Source: Candidatus Hydrogenedentota bacterium (GTDB taxonomy: Bacteria; Hydrogenedentota; Hydrogenedentia; Hydrogenedentales; SLHB01). Taken from it: a DNA stretch of 64,000 bases. Numbering within the stretch: the first letter of the stretch is position 1; each line of letters begins with the position of its first letter. Of this stretch, positions 36,041-45,403 are shown in pieces. The stretch lies in contig BTVY01000001.1 in assembly GCA_045863335.1 (NCBI GenBank), forward strand, positions 104,671-168,670, read 5' to 3'. Position numbers and translations under genes: made by a program. The notes beneath the pieces were generated by a model. It was not told the origin of the DNA and did no database searches. It worked only from the letters and a program-made list of their open reading frames with translations.

Positions 36041-38440
36041 ATGAGTCCAACGTTGTCAGCCCTTACCGCAACCGTGATGGTGCTTGCGAGCGACGTAACG
36101 CCGCAGTTTCTTGGCGCGAAGCCCGTGTGGCCCGAAGGTCGCGAGACGGAGATGAATCTGTCTATCGGCTTCTATGGCTCGTTCGAGGCGCAACCGGAGG
36201 AACCGGTTACCTTGCGGCTCACGGGGTCAACGTTGTATCGCGTGTTTCTCAATGGCGAGTTCGTGTGCCATGGCCCGGCGCGGGCGTGTCACGGGTACTT
36301 TCGCGTAGACGAGTTGGACCTTACTCCTCGACTTCAGGACGGGGCAAACACGCTGGCCATCGAGGTGGCAGGGTACAACGTGAACAGCTATTACCTGATG
36401 GACCAGCCGGCGTTTCTTCAGGCCGAGGTCACGCAGGGTGCTCGCGTATTGTGCGGAACCGGTGTCGAAATCAATGCTCTGGTTGCCCGTATCATTCCGG
36501 AACGGGTGCAAAGGGTGCAGCGCTATAGTTTTCAACGGCCGTTTATCGAGGTCTATCGTCTGGAGCATGCTTGGGACCGCTGGCGGACAAACGGCGGCAC
36601 GGACTCCGTCGCGTGCGCCATCCAGCCTCAGTACCCGCTGCTACCGCGACGCGTGTCTCATCCCACCTACACGAGACGCCCGGCCATGACGATCGGCGTA
36701 TCCGGCACGGTCGAGGTTGGAGGCGAACCTTCGCAGATGTGGAAAGATCGGTCGCTGGTGAATATCGGACCGGCCCTCAAGGGGTATCCCGAGTCAGAAC
36801 TCGAGGTCATCCCGTCCATTGAGTTGCAGAAGTTTCTGTACGCTGAAACCGGAAAGGGCGAAGCGATTTGGACGCCGTCATCCGAAATCACGTTGAACGC
36901 GGGGCATTATCAAATCGTCGATTTGGGCACCAACCTGTCCGGGTTCATCGGCGCCACGGTGACCTGCGAAACGGCGATGCGATTGTATGTGACCTTCGAC
37001 GAAATCCTGTCCAACGGCGACGTGGACTTCAAGCGGCTGGGATGCGTCAATGCGCTGTTGTTCGAGCTGGAACCCGGGACCTACACCCTGGAGTCCTTTG
37101 AACCCTACACGGCCCGCTACCTCAAGTTCATTGCGCTGGATGGCCCGTGCACGATTTCCAACGTGTACCTAAGGGAGTACGTCAATCCCGACACGCACAG
37201 CGCTCACTTCGCGGCGAGCGATGAGCGGCTAAACCGGCTCTTTGAAGCTGGCCGGGAGACCTTTGCGCAGAACGCGGTCGATGTATTCATGGATTGCCCT
37301 TCCCGTGAGCGGGCGGGGTGGCTCGGAGACAGCCTCTTCACGGCGCGAACGGCGTTCGATCTCGGCGGCACGACCGCGGTGGAACAGAACTTCTATGAGA
37401 ATTTCCTGCTTCCCGAACGGTTTGAACACCTGCCGGAAGGCATGCTGCCCATGTGCTACCCGGCAGACCACAACGACGGCGTTTTCATTCCGAATTGGGC
37501 CATGTGGTTCGTCATTCAATTGGAGGAGTACCTGGCGAGGAGCGAAGACCGCGCGACGATCGACGCGTTGGAACCGAGAATCATGGCGCTGTTGGACTAT
37601 TTTGAGAAGTTCCGTAACGAAGACGGGCTGTTGGAGAAGTTGGAGAGCTGGGTTTTCGTTGAGTGGTCGGAGGCGAACAAGTTTGTCCAGGATGTGAATT
37701 ATCCGTCCAACATGCTGTACGCAGCAGTGCTTTCGGCAGCCGGCCGTTTATACGACAGGCCCGATTTGCTCGAAGAGGCGGAGCGTTTGCGCGGTGTGAT
37801 TCTTGAGCAATCCTTCGATGGCGCGTTCTTCGTGGATAACGCATTGCGCGAGAACGGGGCGCTATCCGTCACCCGGAATCGCAGCGAGATCTGCCAGTAT
37901 TACGCGTTCTTTTTCGATGTCGCGACGCCGGAGAGTCATCCGGAATTGTGGGAACGTCTCTGCACGCAGTTCGGCCCGGATCGTAAGGAGACCAAGGCGT
38001 TCGAAGAGGTCCACTTTGCAAACTCCTTTATGGGCAACATGCTTCGGTTCGAGATTCTCTCGCGCTACGGACACGGCGCGCAGATACTGCCGGAATCGAT
38101 CGGATACCTCCTCTACATGGCGGACCTTACCGGCACGCTTTGGGAAAACGACTCGGTTGCGGCAAGCTGTAATCACGGATTCGCGTCGCACATCGTGCAT
38201 ACGCTGTACCGCGACGTGCTGGGTCTGTACGCGGTAGATCCCGTCCGGAAGACCATCACGATTCGGATTTCGGACGTTTCGCTGGATTGGTGCGAAGGTC
38301 GAAAGCCCGTGCCCGAAGGCTTCGTCAGCATGCGCTGGCGGAGGGAGGACGGCGCGGTTCGATACCGCATCGACGCACCGGCGGGGTACGCAGTTTCCGT
38401 GGAAAACAGAACCGGGATAGACGTCGTCCGCGAACCGTAA
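36041..38440 (+). CDS. Alpha-L-rhamnosidase-like glycoside hydrolase (GH78-like)
   Basis: HGPARA, DCPSRERAGWLGD, TGTLWE and SCNHG. AAGGAG RBS. Confidence 0.85.
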   Translation: MSPTLSALTATVMVLASDVTPQFLGAKPVWPEGRETEMNLSIGFYGSFEAQPEEPVTLRLTGSTLYRVFLNGEFVCHGPARACHGYFRVDELDLTPRLQDGANTLAIEVAGYNVNSYYLMDQPAFLQAEVTQGARVLCGTGVEINALVARIIPERVQRVQRYSFQRPFIEVYRLEHAWDRWRTNGGTDSVACAIQPQYPLLPRRVSHPTYTRRPAMTIGVSGTVEVGGEPSQMWKDRSLVNIGPALKGYPESELEVIPSIELQKFLYAETGKGEAIWTPSSEITLNAGHYQIVDLGTNLSGFIGATVTCETAMRLYVTFDEILSNGDVDFKRLGCVNALLFELEPGTYTLESFEPYTARYLKFIALDGPCTISNVYLREYVNPDTHSAHFAASDERLNRLFEAGRETFAQNAVDVFMDCPSRERAGWLGDSLFTARTAFDLGGTTAVEQNFYENFLLPERFEHLPEGMLPMCYPADHNDGVFIPNWAMWFVIQLEEYLARSEDRATIDALEPRIMALLDYFEKFRNEDGLLEKLESWVFVEWSEANKFVQDVNYPSNMLYAAVLSAAGRLYDRPDLLEEAERLRGVILEQSFDGAFFVDNALRENGALSVTRNRSEICQYYAFFFDVATPESHPELWERLCTQFGPDRKETKAFEEVHFANSFMGNMLRFEILSRYGHGAQILPESIGYLLYMADLTGTLWENDSVAASCNHGFASHIVHTLYRDVLGLYAVDPVRKTITIRISDVSLDWCEGRKPVPEGFVSMRWRREDGAVRYRIDAPAGYAVSVENRTGIDVVREP

Positions 38441-38447
38441 GGCAGCG

Positions 38448-39677
38448 TCAGGGCAACACGACGTTGGCGAAGGAGACGATGCCTCCGGAGGGATCTGGGG
38501 CGTAGTCGTAGTGGACGATTTCACCGGCATCCACGAGGCCTTCCACGCACTTCATGGTCGAGTAGATGCAGTTTAGCCCGCAGATGCGGCGCTGGTTCTC
38601 ATCCATCATGACAGATTGATACCAACCTTCGGGATTCATGTCCGCGACGTGCTTCAAATCGCCGGCATCGCGCGCACTCACTTGCTCGATGATTGCGTCG
38701 TCCACGTCAAAATCGTCGCCGAAAGTCGGGCCTACGTGGGAAAGGTCGGCACTGGCAATGACGGTGATGCGTTTGTCCGATTCCGCAAAGGCCCGTTTAC
38801 ACCGTGCGAGAAACTCGCGGACGCTACCGTCCACATCCGGTTCTAGGCCGTCACGTTCGGAGAGAAAAGGGCCGCAAAGTATGGGGAGGATCTTCACGGA
38901 CGGCCCGTACAGGTAGGCGAGCATGACCGCCTGGAACTCGATCGAATGTTCGGTGCGATGGACGATCTCGTGCTCGAGGGGGTCCCAATCGAGACCGTCG
39001 CAGATTCGATCGAGCAACTCCACATCCACGTCAAGGGTCCCGAAGGGAGTCTCAAATCCCTTTCGGGTCATCACGAAAGGGACCGGAGGTCCGGCATGGG
39101 CAACGCCGAAGATCACGACCGTATCGGGGCGTCCCGAGGCTGCCATTCGCGCGAACCCGTGGGCGTAAGTCTGTCCACCTCGTTCGAAATCGATGTGGGG
39201 CACGACGAGCGCCCGCAGCGGCGTCCCGTCCTTGGCGAGTTCTTTGGGCGCCTGGCCCGGGCCGCTGGAGCGGGAAAACAGCGCATCCACGTAGGTTCGC
39301 AGCTCAGAGGCATCGGCGGGATAGGACTTCCCCGCGAGATACGCGGGCCGGACTGCCGATTCGCGAAACGTGTTGTGTACGGTTTCTCGGCGCTCCAGAA
39401 ACGCGGGGGTCAGGAGATAGCCATGATCATCGAGAAAGGAAACGACCTGTTCGACGTCGCCGTCACGAAGTGTACGGCCGCCGGTGGACAGGGAGAAGGC
39501 GCGCTGAATTTGCTCGGCGTCTGACTGGCCATCGAGCTGAGACGCGATGAAGAACCCCGCGGGGCTAAGCAGGATGGGTTCTTCCACGATCCCTTCGGGA
39601 TCGCGGAGGCAGACGAGGGTCTGACCTTCATGTTCGACTTGGGTTACGTCGACGTATCGGAGCGGAGGCAGCGCCAT
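38448..39677 (-). CDS. amrB: MEMO1-family protein (AmmeMemoRadiSam protein B) with a ~100-aa N-terminal extension
   Basis: RPAYLAGKSYP, VPHID, GVAH, EHSIEFQ, ASADLSHVG and ICG. Confidence 0.88.
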   Translation of the reverse strand: MALPPLRYVDVTQVEHEGQTLVCLRDPEGIVEEPILLSPAGFFIASQLDGQSDAEQIQRAFSLSTGGRTLRDGDVEQVVSFLDDHGYLLTPAFLERRETVHNTFRESAVRPAYLAGKSYPADASELRTYVDALFSRSSGPGQAPKELAKDGTPLRALVVPHIDFERGGQTYAHGFARMAASGRPDTVVIFGVAHAGPPVPFVMTRKGFETPFGTLDVDVELLDRICDGLDWDPLEHEIVHRTEHSIEFQAVMLAYLYGPSVKILPILCGPFLSERDGLEPDVDGSVREFLARCKRAFAESDKRITVIASADLSHVGPTFGDDFDVDDAIIEQVSARDAGDLKHVADMNPEGWYQSVMMDENQRRICGLNCIYSTMKCVEGLVDAGEIVHYDYAPDPSGGIVSFANVVLP

Positions 39678-39880
39678 GGTGCCGACACTATATCGTCAGA
39701 AACCCGTTTTTGCAATGGACCTTCTGTGCGGGGCGGAACCTAAAGCGTTTACAACGGATTAGTTACCAGTGAATAGACCGTACGGACTTTCGTCCGATAC
39801 TTGTGGTACCCGGTAACGGGGTCCGCAAAATGTGGTAAAGTTCAGTGGGTGTACGAACCTGGTGAAGAGGATTAGGAGCC

Positions 39881-40117
39881 ATGTTAACTCGTGTACTTGT
39901 ATTGAGTGCGCTTTGCGCGGTAGTCACGTTCGCGGGGTGCAATACGACGCCTACGCAGGACGGCGCAATCGCGGGCGGAGCCCTTGGTGCGGGCGCGGGC
40001 GCAATCATCGGCCACCAATCAGGCAAAGCGGGCGAAGGCGCCCTCATCGGAGCAGGCGTTGGAGCTTTGGGCGGCGCGTTGATTGGCGACCAGGTAGACG
40101 AACGGAAGCAGAAATAG
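39881..40117 (+). CDS. Glycine-zipper lipoprotein (copy 1)
   Basis: Lipobox FAGC and GxxxG runs. Confidence 0.88.
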   Translation: MLTRVLVLSALCAVVTFAGCNTTPTQDGAIAGGALGAGAGAIIGHQSGKAGEGALIGAGVGALGGALIGDQVDERKQK

Positions 40118-40138
40118 CGACACGGGGAGGTGTTCCCT

Positions 40139-40537
40139 ATGAGAATACGATTTACGGTGATGGGACTTACGATCGGCGCGTTGACGCTGGGCGGTTTGAC
40201 GGGATGTAACACGACGCCTACGCAGGACGGCGCAATTGCCGGCAGCGCGATCGGCGCAGGCGCCGGGGCCATCATCGGGCATCAGTCCGGTAAGGCCGGC
40301 GAAGGCGCATTGATCGGCGCGGGTGTCGGCGCGCTCACGGGCGCCTTGATCGGCGATCAGGTGGACGAGCGACGCGATCGCAAGGCTCGCCAACAGCAGC
40401 CTCAGGCCGCGCCGCCTCCGCAGCCGGCACCTGTCGCGCAGCCAGCCCCTTCTCAGACCGGACATTGGGAAACTCGTACCGTAAAGACGGAATCCGGTGA
40501 GACCTACGAGGAGCGGGTGTGGGTTCCCGGTTCCTGA
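40139..40537 (+). CDS. Glycine-zipper lipoprotein (copy 2) with Pro/Gln linker and a C-terminal hairpin
   Basis: Lipobox LTGC, GGAGG RBS and the tail GHWETRTVKTESGETYEERVWVP. Confidence 0.88.
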   Translation: MRIRFTVMGLTIGALTLGGLTGCNTTPTQDGAIAGSAIGAGAGAIIGHQSGKAGEGALIGAGVGALTGALIGDQVDERRDRKARQQQPQAAPPPQPAPVAQPAPSQTGHWETRTVKTESGETYEERVWVPGS

Positions 40538-40649
40538 CGAGATACTTACATTTTTCGGCTAGCGTATCCGGTATGGCGTAGCAGGCGTCACGACGGCGGA
40601 TTCTCCAGTACTTGACAGGCACTCGTATGCGGACGAACGAGGAGAGCCC

Positions 40650-40973
40650 ATGATTCGGCAACGGCATTGGCGCATTGTGGGCGGTATTTGCCTGACCGGC
40701 TGCGGGGTAATGGCCGTCTACGGGGTAAACCTCAAGGTGACGGATATCGCTCCTTGGCTCTTTCTTGGCTATTGGGGTCTATTCCTGGTTCTCTTTTTCA
40801 TCGTGTTGTACTGCGTGCTGCTCGACCTTCGCTACATCCGAGCGGAGCACGCGATTTGGCAACGCGAAGTCTTCAATGAAACGCTCGGCGATGAGGAGTT
40901 TCGTCGCGCCCTACGGGAGGCGCAAGCGAATCCCCATCGAAAAAGTCCAGAAAAGGCCGACGAGAAATCCTGA
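40650..40973 (+). CDS. Small two-TM membrane protein
   Basis: GAGGAG RBS, two hydrophobic helices and a charged tail. Confidence 0.7.
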   Translation: MIRQRHWRIVGGICLTGCGVMAVYGVNLKVTDIAPWLFLGYWGLFLVLFFIVLYCVLLDLRYIRAEHAIWQREVFNETLGDEEFRRALREAQANPHRKSPEKADEKS

Positions 40974-41016
40974 TGGGGTTGGGATTTCGTATTGGCGCCA
41001 AGGCAAAGGTAGCGAA

Positions 41017-41715
41017 TTGAGGCTCATTCTTTTCGACATCGATGGCACGTTGACGGCCACCAGCCAGATCGACAACGCCTGTTACGCGCGCGCGTTCCGG
41101 AAGACGTTTGGACGTGAGATCCCTACGACTGACTGGAACTGCTATACCCATGTCACGGATGTCGGCATACTTCAGGAACTGCTCGAACGCGAGCAAGGGG
41201 AGTTGCTGGAATCGGAAGATATCGCGCGATTCGAAGCGAACTATCGCCGCGAGCTTGAAGCCGCTTTTGTACGGAATCCGGAAGCGTTCCGCGGCGTCCC
41301 GGGTGCACGGCAAATGCTGCGTCGTCTCGCGTGTTCTTCGGATGTCGCGATCGCACTGGCCACGGGCGGCATGCGGCGTACGGCCCTGTTCAAGTTGAGC
41401 CGGGCGGGCATGGACGGATCGCGGCTCCCGGGAGCATTCGCCAACGACGCCATATCGCGGGCGGACATTGCCCGGACGGCCATCGCGAGGACTGAACGGG
41501 AACCGGACGACGTGGTCTATGTGGGAGACGGGGTTTGGGACGCGCGGACCGCCGCCGAACTAGGCGTTCGGTTTATTGGCGTCGTTCACGAGTCGGATCC
41601 GAGCGCGCTGCGCTGCTCTGGCGCAACGACCTTTATTTCGGACTTTGGAGACGCAGACGCCTTCTTCATTGCGCTGGAAACTGCGTCCGTGCCCGCTGCT
41701 ACGCGGCGTCACTAA
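41017..41715 (+). CDS. HAD-superfamily hydrolase
   Basis: ILFDIDGTL, ATG and YVGDGVWD motifs. TTG start inferred. Confidence 0.88.
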   Translation: MRLILFDIDGTLTATSQIDNACYARAFRKTFGREIPTTDWNCYTHVTDVGILQELLEREQGELLESEDIARFEANYRRELEAAFVRNPEAFRGVPGARQMLRRLACSSDVAIALATGGMRRTALFKLSRAGMDGSRLPGAFANDAISRADIARTAIARTEREPDDVVYVGDGVWDARTAAELGVRFIGVVHESDPSALRCSGATTFISDFGDADAFFIALETASVPAATRRH

Positions 41716-41867
41716 ACAGCCACTTCGCGCCCTAACTCAGCGCGCGCCAGTGTTTATTTCTTCATCGACGGCTGCTATCATGCATTTCAGCGGATGCTCG
41801 TCCGCGCTGGGCAACTATGGTCGTTTGCTATCGAAAGTTTCTGAGAGTCACAAAAATGGGTGGAATT

Positions 41868-42644
41868 ATGAAGCCGGCGTTCATTTCTCTTATCGCAGCT
41901 ATGGTCGTACTCTCCTCGTGTCAGCCTGACAAGCCTTGGTCGCCTGACGACGAACCGGGGATTGATCCCGGAAACACGTCCGAGGTGAAACCGGCGTCTC
42001 CCGTCAAGGAGCCCACCAATATCGGCGATGTGGAACAAGGATTATGGTTTGAGGCACGCCTGGTGCCGGACTCGATCCCTCCCGGCGCCACGAACGAAGA
42101 AATTGAGAATCGCCGCGATCGCCTGGCAATCGTGAACGTTACACTCCCCCGCCCGCTGCCGGACCAGTTGATGGCAGTATACACCTTAGAATCAACCCGG
42201 AACTTCGAGAATACGCCGGTCGTACTCCGCGCCCAAATCCTCGTTGACGGCGTGCCAGTTGGCAACGTCCAAGAGGTAATTGAGGTACGAAGCAGGGACA
42301 ACAAGATCACCCGTACGGTAGATTTGTTGTCGGCCTTCGAGCAGGTACCGGATTCGTTCCTTGCTACCGTGGAAGGGGAATTCTATTTGATGCCAGAAGG
42401 CACAGACGCGTCGACGCTCGACCCGGCCACGGCGACGTCGGGTTCCACGTCCAAGGCAATTCAATTCAATCCAATCCGGGTCAATGTGGTACCCGGCAAC
42501 GACGCGTCAGGCGCGATAGTCGATGACAGCGCCCCCCCGGCCATGCCGGAAACCGCAGAACCCGAAGAGACTTCGCCGACCGACACACTTCCGGCCGAGG
42601 CGCCGGTCGATGCCGGTGCCCCGGAGCCTGCCCCGGCCTCATGA
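41868..42644 (+). CDS. Hypothetical lipoprotein
   Basis: MKPAFISLIAAMVVLSSC lipobox and a Pro/acidic tail. Confidence 0.75.
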   Translation: MKPAFISLIAAMVVLSSCQPDKPWSPDDEPGIDPGNTSEVKPASPVKEPTNIGDVEQGLWFEARLVPDSIPPGATNEEIENRRDRLAIVNVTLPRPLPDQLMAVYTLESTRNFENTPVVLRAQILVDGVPVGNVQEVIEVRSRDNKITRTVDLLSAFEQVPDSFLATVEGEFYLMPEGTDASTLDPATATSGSTSKAIQFNPIRVNVVPGNDASGAIVDDSAPPAMPETAEPEETSPTDTLPAEAPVDAGAPEPAPAS

Positions 42645-43450
42645 ACATCGTCTGTATTGGAGCCCACCCCGACGACTGTGAATGTTTTGCGGGGGGAAGC
42701 GCCATACTGTGGGCGCGCGCGGGCCATCGGGTACTCTTCGTCTCCATGACCAATGGCGACATCGGCCATTTCCAGCAGGCCGGAGGCGTGCTCGCGCAAC
42801 GGCGAATCGCCGAGACACGGCTTTCCGCAGAACGCGGCGGGGTGCACGATCTGGTGTTAGGCTACCACGATGGCGAGTTGGCGCCTTCGCTGGACGCCCG
42901 GCGTGAGGTCGTCCGAATTATCCGGCAATGGGAGGCCGACGTCGTCCTGACGCACCGGTCGAACGACTATCACCCTGACCATCGGTACACGTCTATCCTG
43001 GTTCAAGATGCGGCATTTATGGTCACGGTGCCTCATTTCTGCCCGGAGGTTCCGCGTCTCGAACGCAATCCCGTATTCCTTTATATGGTCGATGGATTCC
43101 AGCGGCCCGTGCCGTTTCGGGCGGATGTTGGGGTTGACGTCACGGAGGTGATGGAGACCAAGCTCCACATGCTGGACGCCATGGAGTCGCAGGTGTATGA
43201 GTGGCTGCCGTGGCTCCAAGGTCACCTGGACGAAGTACCGGCGAACGCGGATGAGCGGCGGGAATGGCTACGCACGGCGTGGGACGGGTTCTTCTTCCAA
43301 CACACCGAGATCGCGCGGCCGGCACTTGAACGCTGGTATGGAGCGAATCGTGCCAAGAGGATTCGTTACGCGGAAGCTTTCGAGATCTGCGAATACGGCC
43401 ACCAGCCGAATGACGACGAGCTCCGCAGGCTGTTCCCTTTCTTCCCCTAG
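42641..43450 (+). CDS. PIG-L/LmbE-family N-acetyl deacetylase
   Basis: GAHPDD, MTNG, R..E and HPDH motifs. Confidence 0.92.
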   Translation: MNIVCIGAHPDDCECFAGGSAILWARAGHRVLFVSMTNGDIGHFQQAGGVLAQRRIAETRLSAERGGVHDLVLGYHDGELAPSLDARREVVRIIRQWEADVVLTHRSNDYHPDHRYTSILVQDAAFMVTVPHFCPEVPRLERNPVFLYMVDGFQRPVPFRADVGVDVTEVMETKLHMLDAMESQVYEWLPWLQGHLDEVPANADERREWLRTAWDGFFFQHTEIARPALERWYGANRAKRIRYAEAFEICEYGHQPNDDELRRLFPFFP

Positions 43451-43481
43451 CGGTAATCTTCGAACCGGTACAGAGCTGGGG

Positions 43482-43573
43482 AGAAAATTGGGGACAGGCT
43501 CCATTTTCCTACGCTGCGCTTGACCATAAACGCAGCGATCGAATAGGAAAATGGTGCCTGTCCCCAATTTTCT
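43482..43573. repeat. REP-like 30-bp inverted repeat with an inner hairpin, between convergent genes
   Basis: AGAAAATTGGGGACAGGCTCCATTTTCCTA / TAGGAAAATGGTGCCTGTCCCCAATTTTCT (1 mismatch). Inner CGCTGCG/CGCAGCG. Confidence 0.85.
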
Positions 43574-45401
43574 ACTCCGTCGCGACGACGACTTCCTCGG
43601 TCCCAAAGGACATGCGGTTACCTCGCGAGACTACGATTTGGGTGCCGGTGGGATCGTGATGGACGACGATCGCTGCGGGCGACTCGGAAACGGACTCGAG
43701 ATACCATCCTTCTCCGATGAGGTCGCCGGCTTGGAGCAGACGGGAGCCAGTGGACGTGCCATTTCCGTCCCAGGTTTCCACGGCTGCTTTTCCCCCGATG
43801 ATACCGGTGAACAGGAATCCGCCGAGGGACACAAGGCGAATCTCTGGTCCCACATCCTTGTCATCCGAAGCTGCGGAAGCCGGAGACTCTGTAACGGGAA
43901 TCGCCGAGTCCGGTTGCGGAAGGTTCAACGGGTTTCGGGCCTCGGCATTGGGTGAAAGATACCGGGTTGGCAGCGGGATCTCGTAGCGGGCTACGGGGCG
44001 GCCGCTTCGCCAGGTGAACGTGAGCATGATGGATTCCGCGTCGGCGCCGGCAACGCTGACTTGCCGCAAATCGAGGACCAGCTCGACTTGGGAACCCGGC
44101 CGAACTTCCACAACCGGAAGCTCGAGCGACGGGGTGTTTGGCAAATGCCACAGCTCCGGGGAATAGGGCAGGGGCCGGTAGTTTTCCGTTCCTTTTTCTC
44201 GTACCTCGATTTCCGCGCCCAAGTTGGGCGCGTCTCCACCGGACTGGACCGTTGCGTTGTCGTCCGGCCACGGAACGGCCAGCCGCAAGGTGTCCCGGCT
44301 TCCGTTCTTGCAGAGGACGCGTACAAGTCCGGTTGTGCTGTCATCACGAGCCAATTCGAAGCGCACGCTGCCAGGCTCCGGTCCGAAGAAGAGGAACAGC
44401 GCAACGACCGCGGCAATCGCGGCTACACCGGCCGCCAGCGTCAATGAAACGGTCATGGAATGGACGAGTGAATCGCTCCATGGGCTGACGCGTAACGCGC
44501 CGACGACGATCATCACCAGGGCGCCGGCGCCGTACAGAACGGGACCCACGTGAAGCGCGGCCCAAAGCTGCCGGAAATCCTCCGCGTGAACGCGGTCCGC
44601 GCCGGCCATCACGACGGAGAGCAGCACCCCGGCCAGCATAAGCAATCCCATGCTCAAAACTGCCCATCCCAATGCTGGGCCACGGACGCGCAAAAGGATG
44701 ACCACGGCGGCAATCGGTGCGAGCACATAGGCAATCCATGCCAACCGGGCAATCGGGTTGGGTCCATCCAGCGACAGGTCCAGACCGACCCGGAACATGG
44801 ATTCTGCTTCGGCGCCTCGCAGCACCCAGGGCAGGAACACCGCGAGGATACAGACGATCCCGCCCGACAGGATTGAAATCAACTCCCAGCGTTTGGGGTA
44901 GATGTGCGCGGTGGGGGCGGGCGATTCCTCGGTCGTTCCTGAAATCGAAGCGATCCGGCGGGGGTAATCATCCAAAGGCAGATCGACGAATTCGCCCAAC
45001 TCTTCTGGCGTCTCCGCGGCAGATCGGGCATCAACGATGCGCAACTCAGCACGGAGCGCTTCTATCCGATCCGATAGCGCGCGGTTTCGGTCGTTCGCCT
45101 CCGGGGCCGAAAGGCGTCCCGACGCCACGCGCTCAGGAAGGTGTGCCTGTTCGTGGCGTTTCGCCCGCAATTCCGCGCGCAGGTTCTCGGCCCGGGCTTG
45201 TTCCCGCTTGCGGAACCGGTCGACCGCTTCATTGGCCTGCGATTGCGCCTGTCTGAGATCCCGTTGGCGGACCTGAAAATCCGGCTCCGGTATCGCGCCA
45301 TTCATCAACGCCGTCTCAAGACTAGCAAGTTCAGCGGCGGCCTTCGCGCGATACGAAAGCGCCAATCGAAGTGGTATTGTGGCGTCGGGTTCCGGCGACA
45401 T
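43572..45401 (-). CDS. Hypothetical protein: coiled coil, about 5 TM helices, and a periplasmic part ending in a PilP/GspC-like domain
   Basis: Starts 2 nt after the pyrG stop. Domain pattern read from the sequence. Confidence 0.7.
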   Translation of the reverse strand: MSPEPDATIPLRLALSYRAKAAAELASLETALMNGAIPEPDFQVRQRDLRQAQSQANEAVDRFRKREQARAENLRAELRAKRHEQAHLPERVASGRLSAPEANDRNRALSDRIEALRAELRIVDARSAAETPEELGEFVDLPLDDYPRRIASISGTTEESPAPTAHIYPKRWELISILSGGIVCILAVFLPWVLRGAEAESMFRVGLDLSLDGPNPIARLAWIAYVLAPIAAVVILLRVRGPALGWAVLSMGLLMLAGVLLSVVMAGADRVHAEDFRQLWAALHVGPVLYGAGALVMIVVGALRVSPWSDSLVHSMTVSLTLAAGVAAIAAVVALFLFFGPEPGSVRFELARDDSTTGLVRVLCKNGSRDTLRLAVPWPDDNATVQSGGDAPNLGAEIEVREKGTENYRPLPYSPELWHLPNTPSLELPVVEVRPGSQVELVLDLRQVSVAGADAESIMLTFTWRSGRPVARYEIPLPTRYLSPNAEARNPLNLPQPDSAIPVTESPASAASDDKDVGPEIRLVSLGGFLFTGIIGGKAAVETWDGNGTSTGSRLLQAGDLIGEGWYLESVSESPAAIVVHHDPTGTQIVVSRGNRMSFGTEEVVVATE

Positions 45402-45403
45402 TC

